NCBI GenBank assembly: GCA_030324005.1
Contig: JARDVH010000073.1
Location: 41,085,677-41,149,676 of the forward strand
Direction of reading: 5' to 3'
From: Negaprion brevirostris
Taxonomy: Eukaryota
Length of the DNA: 64,000 nt
Shown here: positions 1-56,359 of the stretch, piece by piece
Numbering within the stretch: position 1 is the first letter of the stretch
Layout: each line of letters begins with the position of its first letter
The notes under the pieces: model-generated
What the model was told of the DNA's origin: nothing
Database searches by the model: none
What the model saw: the letters and a program-made list of their open reading frames with translations, nothing else
Translations under genes and position numbers: made by a program

Positions 1-210
1 AGCTAATTTCTCTTTAAACTGCTGCTCATGGGGTGGCATGGTAGCACAGTGGTTAGCACTAGTCTTTATTGAGTCACCTCTTTATATTTTGATTAGTAGA
101 AGGGCATGATTATTTGTCTTAGAATCCCTGGATTCCTATTCCTGATCATTATCCAGAATAAACCTTTAGCAGGGTTTTAGTATTGAATACTATTTTGTGA
201 TGCCCTGACC

Positions 211-278
211 AAAATATCAGCTGGCAAAACATATCTAGCCTTATGAAAGGCTAGACATGTTTTGCCAGCTGATATTTT
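211..278. repeat. 32-bp inverted repeat with a 4-nt loop
   Basis: aaaatatcagctggcaaaacatatctagcctt-atga-aaggctagacatgttttgccagctgatatttt. Confidence 0.95.
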
Positions 279-475
279 ATGAAAAATGGCCACCTAGCAG
301 AGGGAGAAGAGGGTAATTATCAATTGTAGAACTATATCCAAAGCAAGGAATCAAAATCTTCAGCCAAGAATATTTAGTTATTGCTGCAAATATAAAATAT
401 TGCAAGAAATTTACTGAAAACATCAATTGAAAACATTTCATTACATTAATTAGATGTTGCAGAGAATTTGTGCTA

Positions 476-45747
<45,272 letters not shown>

Positions 45748-45853
45748 TCACCGAGAAACTGTTGCCCCGCTTCAAACTGTCAACATCGCCGGCCGGCGGG
45801 CCGGGGGCAGACGGTGGGGCTGGGCGAGCAACAGGCCGCGTCGGGGTGGCCAC

Positions 45854-45946
45854 TGCGCACGCGCTGGCTTGGCACTGCACGCCGGTAACTGTAGTTCACT
45901 TCCTGATCAGAGTTAAACTACAACTCCCATCACACCTTGGGAGTTG
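45854..45946. promoter_or_regulatory. DNM1L proximal promoter: NRF1 site, ETS/GABP site and two divergent ZNF143(SBS)/THAP11 motifs in a CpG island
   Basis: TGCGCACGCGC 45854-45864; minus-strand ACTACAGTTACCGGCGTGCA 45876-45895; CACTTCCTG 45897-45905; ACTACAACTCCCATCA from 45917. Confidence 0.8.
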
Positions 45947-46319
45947 GGAAGCTCCGACTTGACAGATTTGCATATGGGAACAAACATTTTGTACAACTTT
46001 ATGAATTATATTCCAGTGACAGTCAAGTTTTTTTAGATAAATAAAACTTCTATTGCTGATGCCATACTGCATAAAGATAATTCACACCTTAATTCACAAG
46101 AGGTTCTTTAACGTTTTTTTCCTAAATAAAACCCAAAATAATGTATGTCAAGCTCAAGATGGAAAACATTTGATCTGTACCAAGATTAAAATACACTGTG
46201 TCTAAAGCATTATAGAACATTTGTTTGCAAACTTTGATTTGGTTTCTAACTAAATGAGGAGGTAGAAAGGAAGAGAGATGTCTTGTGTCCTCAAAAGGAC
46301 ACAAGGAGCAGACAATGTT

Positions 46320-46565
46320 AGCAGATAACTGTTTGCAGCTCAAGGAGCTTTGGCTCCGTGTTATTAAGTTTGAGACTGAGCTGCAGATACTGTGGTACAT
46401 CAGAAAGTTACCTGGGTGTTTTATACCAGGATGCAGGCATACCATTTCTTCTGACTTGGTCAGTGGTCAGGGACAGGAGAGTGTGGCTGAAAGTGAGGCA
46501 GGTAAGTGGACACTGAGAACTAGAGCACAGGAGTTTCAGCTTTTACAATTGTCCAACAGGTATTT
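46320..46565 (+). mobile_element. CR1 ORF1-like fragment
   Basis: CLQLKELWLRVIKFETELQILWYIRK...DLVSGQGQE; similar to 12905-13170. Confidence 0.6.
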
Positions 46566-47391
46566 TTCATAACAGACCATAAGATCGCAAGCTTTTCTTT
46601 CACAATATGTAGACAAAATCAGAACTAGAATGGAATAGCAACAATGAACGTTACTTCTTCATGGAATGAAGGAAAATAACGTCATTTATATCTCTGCATG
46701 TATACTATTTGAAGATATTTTGTGCATATGGGCTTGGTCAAACACAACAAAAGGACTTTTGTTACATCCATAAATGGAGTCAGGAATCAAACTTGTTACA
46801 ACACATTAGCATTGTCCTTGCTATGTGCTTAAGTTGCAGCTGCAGTGGTGGTTTCAGTGATGATGCAGTATCACAATAGCTCTTATCAAAGTCACAAATC
46901 ATATTCTATGTGACAGTGACAATGCAAAACTTTTCTTCTTCATCCTTCTTGATTTGTTTGTAGCTTTTGCCTTGTTAACACGGCTATCCTCCTCTAATTT
47001 TTCTCTTTCATCCTGTTGCTTAGGCCAGTGAGAAATTAATCTGCAATAGTTCCTCTTCCCATTCCCACACCAACACTTAGGGAACCTCCAAGGACATATA
47101 TTGCTTGTGCCACTTCCTATTTCACATCTACATGCTGCCCCTGATAACACCATCCAGAAACTATCAGTTTCTGCATATACTCTTATATCACAGATCTGTA
47201 TGTCATCACCACCTTTCTTGACCCTTCCAATGTCTGTGGAGTGTCAGACCATTATTCAAACATCCAATACTGGGTCAGTAGAAATTTCCTTGTTACATAA
47301 AGGAAAGGCCAAAACCTTTGTCTTTGGTTCCTTCCACTAACTCTGGTCCCCAAATACCAACTCCATCCTTCTACTTGGCAACTAAAGCTGA

Positions 47392-47464
47392 GTAAGTCGT
47401 CTCACAACACCAGATTAAAGTCCAACAGGTTTAACCCAGTCCAACCCCAGCATCTCCACATCAT
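47392..47464. mobile_element. 73-bp minimal Penelope-derived terminal element
   Basis: gtaagtcgtctcacaacaccagattaaagtccaacaggttta + cccagtccaaccccagcatctccacatcat, flanked by aactaaagctga / aactaaaactga. Confidence 0.75.
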
Positions 47465-47979
47465 AACTAAAACTGAACCAGACTGTTTGCAGTGTTGATG
47501 TCATATTTGACCCTGAGATGAACATCTGACTGTATAGCCATGCCATCACTGCCTATTTTCACGTGCATATTTAACCCATTCCAATTCGGCATCAGCTCAT
47601 CTACTGCCAAAATCCTCACAATGCCTTAGGAGACTTTAAAGACTTGACTATTCCAACCAACTTCCATTTTCTATTTTCCTAAACCTGAGGTCATCCAAAC
47701 CTCTGCTATGCTTGTCCTGACTTGCACTAAGTGTGCTTGCTGACCTATACTGGGTAACTGAGTAAAGCCATCACTTAACAAGGGTTATTCTGAAAACTGA
47801 AGTGAATTGATGACTTTGTTTGACTGACATCTTTAAGTGGTTGAAATAAATTGTTCTTCCTGTGATCTCATTTGTCAATGTCTCAGTATTTATTTGGACA
47901 AGGTTTTAGCGTGTGAACTGTTTGAAGCTCTGATTAATACTTTAATGACATTTTTGAAGTACTGTGCCAAGAATTGTAC

Positions 47980-48790
47980 ACAATACATCTGTTGAACCCA
48001 AAACAGTGCTATATATGGGTCCACCCCAACTTGCTTTTATACTCCAAGCTTCCATTTATACTGCCTACATCCGTGGCCTTATTAACCACATTCAACCTGA
48101 CCTGCCACTTTCAANNNNNNNNNNNNNNNNNNNNNNNNNNNNNNNNNNNNNNNNNNNNNNNNNNNNNNNNNNNNNNNNNNNNNNNNNNNNNNNNNNNNNN
48201 NNNNNNNNNNNNNNTGCCACTTTAAATTTCTACACAAATCTCAAAGCTCCTACTTCTCTTTTAGAATTATATCTTTTTATATTCCAACTCCTCATTCTTC
48301 CTACCAAAATGTATCACTTCACACTTCTCTGCATTATATTTTTGCCACCTCTGTCCAATGATAGCAAATTTTGTCATCCAAATATTCTAAAATTGTGCAG
48401 GGCACACTCAAATCTAAGTTATTAATATAGATCAAGAAATGCAGTGGTTCTAATATTGGCACTGGGGAATCCCACTATACACCTTCCACCAGACTGAAAA
48501 ACAACCATTCACAATTAGTCTGTTTCCTGACACTCATCCACTTCATATCGATGCTGTCACTATCCCTTTAGTCAATGGACTTCAATTTAGCTGACAAGCC
48601 TCTTATTTAGCATTTTATCAAAAATCTTTGGGAAGTCCAGGCACAAATAATGCATTACAGGATCAAAAATCTCAATCAAATTAGTTAGTTAAACATGATT
48701 TGCCTTTAACAAATTAATTCTTGCTTTCCTTAATTGAGCCACTTTTGTTTGAGTGATTGTTAATTTTGTCCTGGATTATAATTTCTTTGC
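47980..48790 (-). mobile_element. Decayed CR1-type LINE
   Basis: reverse-strand remnants QGKSCLTN, DFPKIFDK, GIPQ, YIN.LDL..KFA. Confidence 0.7.
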
Positions 48791-49867
48791 CACAAGAGTT
48801 AGATGTAGTTGCCACCTGCATAACCTTTCTGAAGCATGATAATGAATCATGATGGTTTCACTTTTTACAGTAGCACCCATCTTTATTGCTCATTCCTTTT
48901 GGTGGAGACAATCAAACTTAACAAATTACCATAAGTTATTGTATATTTTCCTTCATTCATTCCTATCTCAATTATTAGTCAGTGCAGTGCATAAAAATAT
49001 GGATAAGAAAGAAATTCACAGGTACAAATTAATATTTTCACATTTTTTAATTCACTTCCCATTCTATTGTATGGAGCTCTATGTATACATTATATATAAT
49101 TTATATAAAAAAGTTATTAGTCACCTGATCACAGTAACAATTTCCATGGCCTTGCTCACTCAGTGAGCATTAAATTCTATACATAGTAGAGTGGCTGCAA
49201 AAAATAGATGACAGCAAGTGAACCCAAATATGGATTCCAGAAATTCATAGATTCCCTATAGTGCAGAGGCGCCACTGGCTCATCGAGTCTGCACCATCTC
49301 TCCGAAACAGCATCCCACCCAGGCCCTCCTCTCCGCTCCGCCCTCTCCCTGTAACCCCTTGCATCCAAAAGTTTGAGAGGTAGGTCAGTGAATTGTAATG
49401 GAATGCTCACCATCCAAAGCATGCAATTCTAACCTGATTATTTCAAAATGTTGTCAAAGATTTCATTTACAATCAACCACACATTGTAAATTTAATAAAA
49501 AAGTTACCCTAATTTGGGACCAAGTCTGCATACCAGTCTCTGTTGGTCACCCACTTCCATTTCAGTGAGGATAATGATACAACAGGAGCACTTAATTCCT
49601 TCGTACTTATTAAACTAATGTAATTGGTTGACCAAGAGGAATAGTACATAATGTCTCTTTTCCAAGAAAAGGCATACTCTTGATGGAAAGTGACTCATCG
49701 AAAATCCTCAATATTTATCCAATACTAAATATTAAAATTACAATGAGAGTTTCCAGATTGGGCTCTTGTGATCTGTTACTAGACACATGTTCTCCATGTT
49801 AAACTTTGGCAATAGCACGAATAGAGCTCTTTGAGATTCCAGACTTCTCCATGCAACTTGCTTATAA

Positions 49868-50170
49868 ATCATAGAATCCCTACAGTATAGGAGGGTATTC
49901 GGCCCATCAAGTATGTACCAACCACAATTCCACTCAGGCCCTCTTCCCATAACCTTCATTTATCCTGCGAGTCCCCCTTACACTAGGGTCAATTTATCAT
50001 GGCCAATCAACCAAACCCATACAAGCTTGGACTGTGGGAGGTAATGGGAGCACCTGGAGGAAACCCACGCAGTCACAGGGAGAGAGTGCAAACTCCACAC
50101 AGTGCCCTGAGGCCAAAATTGAATCTGGGTCCCTGGCACCGTAAGGCAGCAGTGCTAACCACTGTGCCAT
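49868..50170 (-). mobile_element. V-SINE (HE1-like) immediately downstream of the YARS2 stop codon
   Basis: reverse complement of ggcacagtggttagcactgctgcc...gtggagtttgcac...gggattctatgat. Confidence 0.82.
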
Positions 50171-50227
50171 AAATGAAACCTGAAAGCATAGATATTCATT
50201 ACCACGGCAGAATAAAAATCATAAACC

Positions 50228-50396
50228 TCATTGAGCTGCCAAATTGAGCCATTTGACTATGTGATAATTCTTTTTTCCAACTCTAAGCAATGAAAGCCCA
50301 TTTGTCAGAATATGCTGTCCCAAAATGAGTACTTGTTCTGGTTTTGTCACTCTTATATGATTAATCCAAATTCCACCATCTGTGATCATCTGGTAC
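50228..50396 (-). CDS. YARS2: YARS2 exon 5 (terminal coding part)
   Basis: cag|[58 protein letters not shown]. Confidence 0.95.
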
Positions 50397-53300
50397 CTGA
50401 GGTGGGAGAAGAAAGAAAAATTCTAAATGTAGTATGTATTTTCTTCAGCATCACTCCCCAATGAACCTATTACCATTTTAAATGAGCACAAAAAGAATTA
50501 TCAACAAAACAACGGCAGATTGATGCACAATAGAAAAAGATAGTTGCCATAGTCCCAAATGACCATAGGCTTCTCCCTCCTTTGAGGGGGAATAGCTGAC
50601 TGAGGTAATTTAACCCAAGGATCATTACACCTCAGGTGAGGGGCCAGGTTGAGAAGGCAGGGCCTTCATGGATTACTTCAGCCAGCACAGGAATTGAACC
50701 CACGCTGTTGACATCAGCTGTCCAACCAACTGAGCTAACCAACCCCTCCCATGCCCAAAAGAATTACAGGGAAAGATGTCCACTGACATGCTTACTCATG
50801 TGGATACCATAGCAATAATTTGATACTCAGATTATTAGCTTCTTCGGGTTTGAATGACACATCTGGGACTGAGATCTAAATCCAGCTCCAAACCTTTACG
50901 GTTTCTGGCAAGCGCAGTTATGTTGGCCTTGAAACTAGAAATGCAAAACATTGGTGATATTGTTTTGCCGGAAGGGAAATATTGCAGTCTGCCATTCATG
51001 TATTTGAAATTGTGAATCCTAAAAAGCTTCTGTGTTTTAAGATTCTATATAAATACCAAGGTCAATTGTGCACAGCACCACCACAATTAGAATAAATAAT
51101 TCCTCCTACAGTTGTGCAGGGTTTTTGCAACACAACATCTGGAATACTGTGTGCAGATCTGGTCTCCACATTTAAGATATACTGTCAATGGAGGTATACA
51201 GCAAAAGATTCGGTAAATTGGTCCCTGGGATGAGGGGATTGTATTATGATGCAAAGCTGAGTCAACAGTGTTTATATTTCTAAGAGTTATAAGGATAATA
51301 GACAATTCCATTGAAATCCACAACTTTCTGAAGGGGCTTGGTAGAGTAGATGTTAAGAGATTGTTCCCATTGTTCGAGGAATCTAAATAGTCTTAGATAA
51401 GGGACCAATAATTCAGGGCTGAGATTAGGGAAAATTACTTCATTCAAAGATTGTGAATCTTTGGAATTCTCTATCCGAGAGGATTATCGATGCTTCATCA
51501 TCGAATACATTTAAGGCTAGGATTAACAGATTTTTGGTCTCTCAGGGAATTAAGGGATATTGAGAGCAAGCTTGAGTTGAAGCCCAAGATCAGCCATGAT
51601 TGTACTGAATGACAGAGCAGGCTTGATGGTCTACTCCTGATCCTATTTCTTATGTTATGCTAAATAGAATAAACGAAAGATGTATATACTGATGTCAGTG
51701 AAGAGATTCTTTGCCTCATTCATTCTTGACCATCAGTAAATGTCAGCCAGTGACAAGTAAAATTCTGCACAAGATACATACCCTCTGGGTCCATCTGGAA
51801 TAGCATTAGCTTTACGACAAAGATCCAACACTGTTGTGCCTGGCTCAAGCAGATTTTCAGAGAATGGTGCTTCTTTAAACAATACTTGTAGCTCTTCATC
51901 TGTCATCATCTCAAGAGCATCAATGCTACTATGATAGAGTGCACTTGTGCATCTGAAGAGGAAAGGCAAACAAATTGAACATCTGCAGCAGTAAGATATA
52001 GTCTAGCATTTGTTTATGGAGCTGGATGGAGCACAGAAGATACTGATATTTGAAGCTCACAGCTTTTATAAGCTATAGGATTTATAAAGGGATTTTTTTC
52101 CCCCCCCGATTCTGCTCAATTATCATCTGGTTCAATCAGGCAATCCGATCCTCAGAAATGACACCCACATTCACATATTGAAGTCTAAAAGTGGGATTTG
52201 AACACACAGCTTTTTGATTCCAAGATGAGATTGACCAAAGGTCAAATTGACACTTAAAATGAAAAAACAAAGTTATATATACACAAGATGAGGGAAGTTG
52301 AATATTGCCAGGATTGAGTTGAGTGGTTTATAAAGTAGGAATAGAAATCTCTTGCGAAGAAAGATCACCAAGAACACAAACTCAGGACTCACTAATGGAA
52401 AAGACAAAACAACAGGTTTGTAGGGTGACCCTTGGAATTCGAGGTCCTCACTGAAGTTACTTAAGGAGTGTTTCCTGATCCAGCATGCTGCCTTTCTGTT
52501 TGTCCTACAAAGCCACTTTACTTTGCTCCTTCCTTTCCTCCTTTAGAACTCTCCTTCAAACTCATCTCTCTGATCAAACTATTGGTACTCCTCAGGAGAT
52601 CACAAGATTAAACATATTCCAAAGTTTTGCCCACCAGGCAGCAAGTAGCTGAAAACTTATCTCTCTTTCATTTGTTCTTATTTAATATTAAGTACAAATA
52701 AATGAGATCAATGTTACAATCGATCATACTGCAATTACTTTGACTTACTAATGAGGTGAGCCATTGCTAGTTGTCTAACGCATCCTGCTTACCTTTTGTT
52801 TTATTGAACTCAGTATCTTTTGGAAGGAAGTTTCTGTGGAGTTTGGACAGATCAGACATTTATGTTATTCCTATCAGCCTCATCAATTATTGCTTCCCTG
52901 CAGGACAAGTATCTATAATTCAAGGTGTCAGGAAAAACACCCAATGGAACGGAATCTCAGGGGTTTGATACACCGATTCCCAAGACTCACCTTTTGGAAG
53001 ACTCGAGTCCTTCTTTGCCATGAATCAACTTTGTGACTTCTGCTGCTAGTCGTTTCTGGGCATTACGCTTGCCTGGATCTTTTCTGTGGTTGACCATAAT
53101 GCTTTCAATCTCAGGAAGTGGGATGAAGGTGAAAAGTTTCAGATATCTAAAGAAACCAAAACTGCTGTTTGGTGAAAAGTAGAAATCATTTCGTGAATGT
53201 ATATATTTCATCTGTAATTGGAAACAGCCTGTTAAATGGGGCAGCATGATGATTAGCACTGCTGCCTAGGGACTCTAAATGGGTTAGAGTGCAGGTACAG

Positions 53301-55877
53301 CAGAAATTGGCAAGTCAAATGGAATATTGGCCTTTATTGCAAGGGGAACAGAACATAAAAGTAAACCGTACAGGAGATTGGTGAGTCCAAATCTTGAGTA
53401 GTGCGTATAGTTTTGGTCTTCTTAAGAAATTAGATACTTGCATTGGAAGCAGTTCAGAGGTTCACTTGACTNNNNNNNNNNGAAGAATGGGTGAACAGGT
53501 TGGGCCTATACTCATTGGAGCTTAGAAGAATGAGCAGTGATATCATTGAAACATATAAGATGCTATGAGGGCTTGATAGGGTGGATGCTGACAGGATGTT
53601 TCTTCTCATGGAGGAATCTAAAACGAGAGGGCATAGTTACAAAGGATCTCCCATTTAAGATAGAGATGAGGAGGAATCCTTCTCTTGGAGGGTTAGTCTT
53701 TGATATTCTCTTCCCTAAAGAGCAGTGGAGGCCAAGGTCATTAAATACATTCAAGACTGAGTTACTCAAATTTTTAATTGACAACGGAGTCAAGGATTAT
53801 TAGGGTCAGGCAGGAAAGTGAAGTTAAAAGGTGCAATCAGATCAGCCATACTCCTATTGAATGGCACAGCAGGCTCAAGGGCCGAATGGCTTATTCCTAT
53901 GTCTCATGACCATTATCGTCAAANNNNNNNNNNNNNNNNNNNNNNNNNNNNNNNNNNNNNNNNNNNNNNNNNNNNNNNNNNNNNNNNNNNNNNNNNNNNN
54001 NNNNNNNNNNNNNNNNNNNNNNNNNNNNNNNNNNNNNNNNNNNNNNNNNNNNNNNNNNNNNNNNNNNNNNNNNNNNNNNNNNNNNNNNNNNNNNNNNNNN
54101 NNNNNNNNNNNNNNNNNNNNNNNNNNNNNNNNNNNNNNNNNNNNNNNNNNNNNNNNNNNNNNNNNNNNNNNNNNNNNNNNNNNNNNNNNNNNNNNNNNNN
54201 NNNNNNNNNNNNNNNNNNNNNNNNNNNNNNNNNNNNNNNNNNNNNNNNNNNNNNNNNNNNNNNNNNNNNNNNNNNNNNNNNNNNNNNNNNNNNNNNNNNN
54301 NNNNNNNNNNNNNNNNNNNNNNNNNNNNNNNNNNNNNNNNNNNNNNNNNNNNNNNNNNNNNNNNNNNNNNNNNNNNNNNNNNNNNNNNNNNNNNNNNNNN
54401 NNNNNNNNNNNNNNNNNNNNNNNNNNNNNNNNNCAGTGAAGACTTTGTGACAGTTTCTGAATGATATTCTTGTCAGACTTGGAAATATTTTGTCGAAACT
54501 GGGCCTCTCCTTACTGAACAGAGGTGTTTACGAAATATTGGAGTGTAAAACTGGTGTATTTATCACTTTAATAATAATCAAAACTGTGGCTTTAAAAACA
54601 AAAATATGAAAGAACAAAGAAAATGATAGACATGGTGCAATTGTCAAAACCAATGACCCACCTTCTAACCATATATTCTCCTGGAAGAAGCAAAAAAAAT
54701 TGCGTACCTCTGAGGATCTCTAAACAGTGTTAAGTTAATAAATTATATATGTTAATCAGATGTGAACACAAAATAAAATCATTCTGAAAAGTAAATATAA
54801 AGAACTTGCCTTTCTACATTTGAATCAGGTTGCCTCACAAAGTATTGATATAGTTCAAAGGGTGAAGTCTTGTTTCTGTTCAGCCATATTGCATTTCCTG
54901 CACTTTTTCCTAATTTGTCTCCTGACGAACTGGTTACAAGTGGTACCAAGATGCCATAAACGTCTTGCCCGGTCACCCTACAGAATAATTAAATGTACTT
55001 CACTCAAAAAGTATACAAAAAGACAACAATGGACAAATCCAAAAATGCAAGAAGTGTAAATGCTTTAAAATAATATATTCAAAGCAGGAACTAGGCTTTA
55101 CTTGCGTATAAATTCATGTCCAGACATCATGTTCCCCAGTTGGTCTGTCCCTCCCAGTTGGATCCTGCAGTCATGATGTTGATTTAAATAATAGAAATCG
55201 TATGCCTGAAATATCTGGTAAGTGAACTCAGTGAAACTCATGCCTTCTGGGCTCTTGAGTCGGGACTGCACACTGTGTCTGCTCAGCATGGTGCCCATGC
55301 GGAAATGTCTGCCCACTGAGTCGAGGAAACCCACCACCTCCTTGTCTCTATACCAGGACCAGTTATTGAGGATGCTGAGCGGCCCCAGGTTGGCAGCCTC
55401 GGCTTCGCTGCAGAAGCAGGTACGATGGTTCTGGAACACGTTGAGGATCCCCTCCTGGATACCCCTGGCGTTCTCCTGCACCGTGCCCGCACTCAGGGCC
55501 TCCCGTTCGCTGCTCCGGCCGCTTGGGTCGCCCAGTCGAGCCGTGGCCTCTCCCAGCAGCGCCAGGACGCGGTGGCCGGCCCGCTGGAAGTGCAGTAGCC
55601 CGATGAGTGTGAGCAGGTGGCCGACGTGCAGGCTGTCCGCGGTGGGGTCGAAGCCGCAGTATAGGGTCTGGGCCCCGGACTCCAGTAGCCTGTGCAGGTC
55701 TCCGCCCTCCGGAAAGATGTCTTTGAAGATGCCTCGCTGGTGAAGCTGCAGCACATTCCTGCCGCTCTTACACTGGTTCGGGACCCGGACCACAGCCGTT
55801 CCCGGGGCCGAAAGAAAGGCTCCTGGTCTCCTGAATAAAGTCAGCAGCAGCCGGCTCCGCACCATGGGCGCCGCCAT
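50228..55877 (-). CDS. YARS2: Mitochondrial tyrosyl-tRNA synthetase gene span, 5 coding exons, 1440 nt / 479 aa
   Basis: [15 protein letters not shown] (HIGH motif), [15 protein letters not shown] (KMSKS-like), C-terminal S4-like domain, basic N-terminal targeting peptide. Confidence 0.97.
50540..50745 (-). mobile_element. tRNA-derived SINE in YARS2 intron 4
   Basis: minus-strand head gggttggttagctcagttggttgg...gtgggttcaattcc (A and B boxes). Confidence 0.7.
51110..51657 (+). mobile_element. CR1 3' fragment in YARS2 intron 4
   Basis: [11 protein letters not shown]...gaatctttggaattctcta...tail cctatttcttatgttat. Confidence 0.8.
51782..51952 (-). CDS. YARS2: YARS2 exon 4 (171 nt)
   Basis: cag|[56 protein letters not shown](G)|gtatgt. 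Confidence 0.96.
52991..53146 (-). CDS. YARS2: YARS2 exon 3 (156 nt)
   Basis: tag|[51 protein letters not shown](R)|gtgagt. Confidence 0.96.
53285..53908 (+). mobile_element. CR1 3' fragment in YARS2 intron 2
   Basis: [11 protein letters not shown]-like, gagcttagaagaatgag, CR1 3' UTR ggctcaagggccgaatggc. Confidence 0.8.
54810..54977 (-). CDS. YARS2: YARS2 exon 2 (168 nt), GC donor
   Basis: tag|[55 protein letters not shown](R)|gcaagt. Confidence 0.94.
55102..55877 (-). CDS. YARS2: YARS2 exon 1 (776 nt coding)
   Basis: AAGATGGCGG start, [12 protein letters not shown]...GHEFIR(K)|gtaaag. An in-frame upstream ATG exists at 55898. Confidence 0.95.
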
Positions 55878-55928
55878 CTTAGCGGCCTCCAGGAGCATTG
55901 TGGGACGGTATGACAGAGGCCCGGATGC
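55868..55928 (-). promoter_or_regulatory. YARS2 promoter elements: YY1 motif over the start codon and a ZNF143 SBS core
   Basis: minus-strand AAGATGGCGGCG at the ATG; TCCCACAATGC at 55895-55905; CCGGATG ETS-like at ~55921. Confidence 0.6.
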
Positions 55929-56359
55929 AGCTCAATGTCCTTGACGAGGACCAGGCCAGAGGTTTCAATAGCCCCATTGACCAGATTCACTAACTTCAGT
56001 TATTTTCACGTCTAACAAACCGCGTTGAATTGTGGCTTTAACGTTTCTAAAAATTAAACCAGGCATCCAGCTTTGCTTGTTATGTTATTTGCAATCTATA
56101 AAAGGTTTTACGACATTTTAAAGATTGTAATAAAGTTCCTGCTCTTGTAAATATCGTTTCCAATTTCAGTGATTCAAGAGTCATAAATAACGTTCAGCAA
56201 ATTCTGACGTCGATATCCTCAGATACCCCAGCCCACCGCTGTAATGGCCCAACTTTCACTTTCAATACCTTCTAAAACCCATTATTTGGCCTCTAGGCTA
56301 TGGTTATCTTTCTTCCTTCTCAGTTCATTTAGGACACGTAAAATTCTTATGAATATATG

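Noticed and set aside
55222-55756. 173-aa plus-strand ORF and alternative-frame ORFs over YARS2 exon 1
   Set aside because: Shadow ORFs of a GC-rich coding exon with no recognisable motifs.
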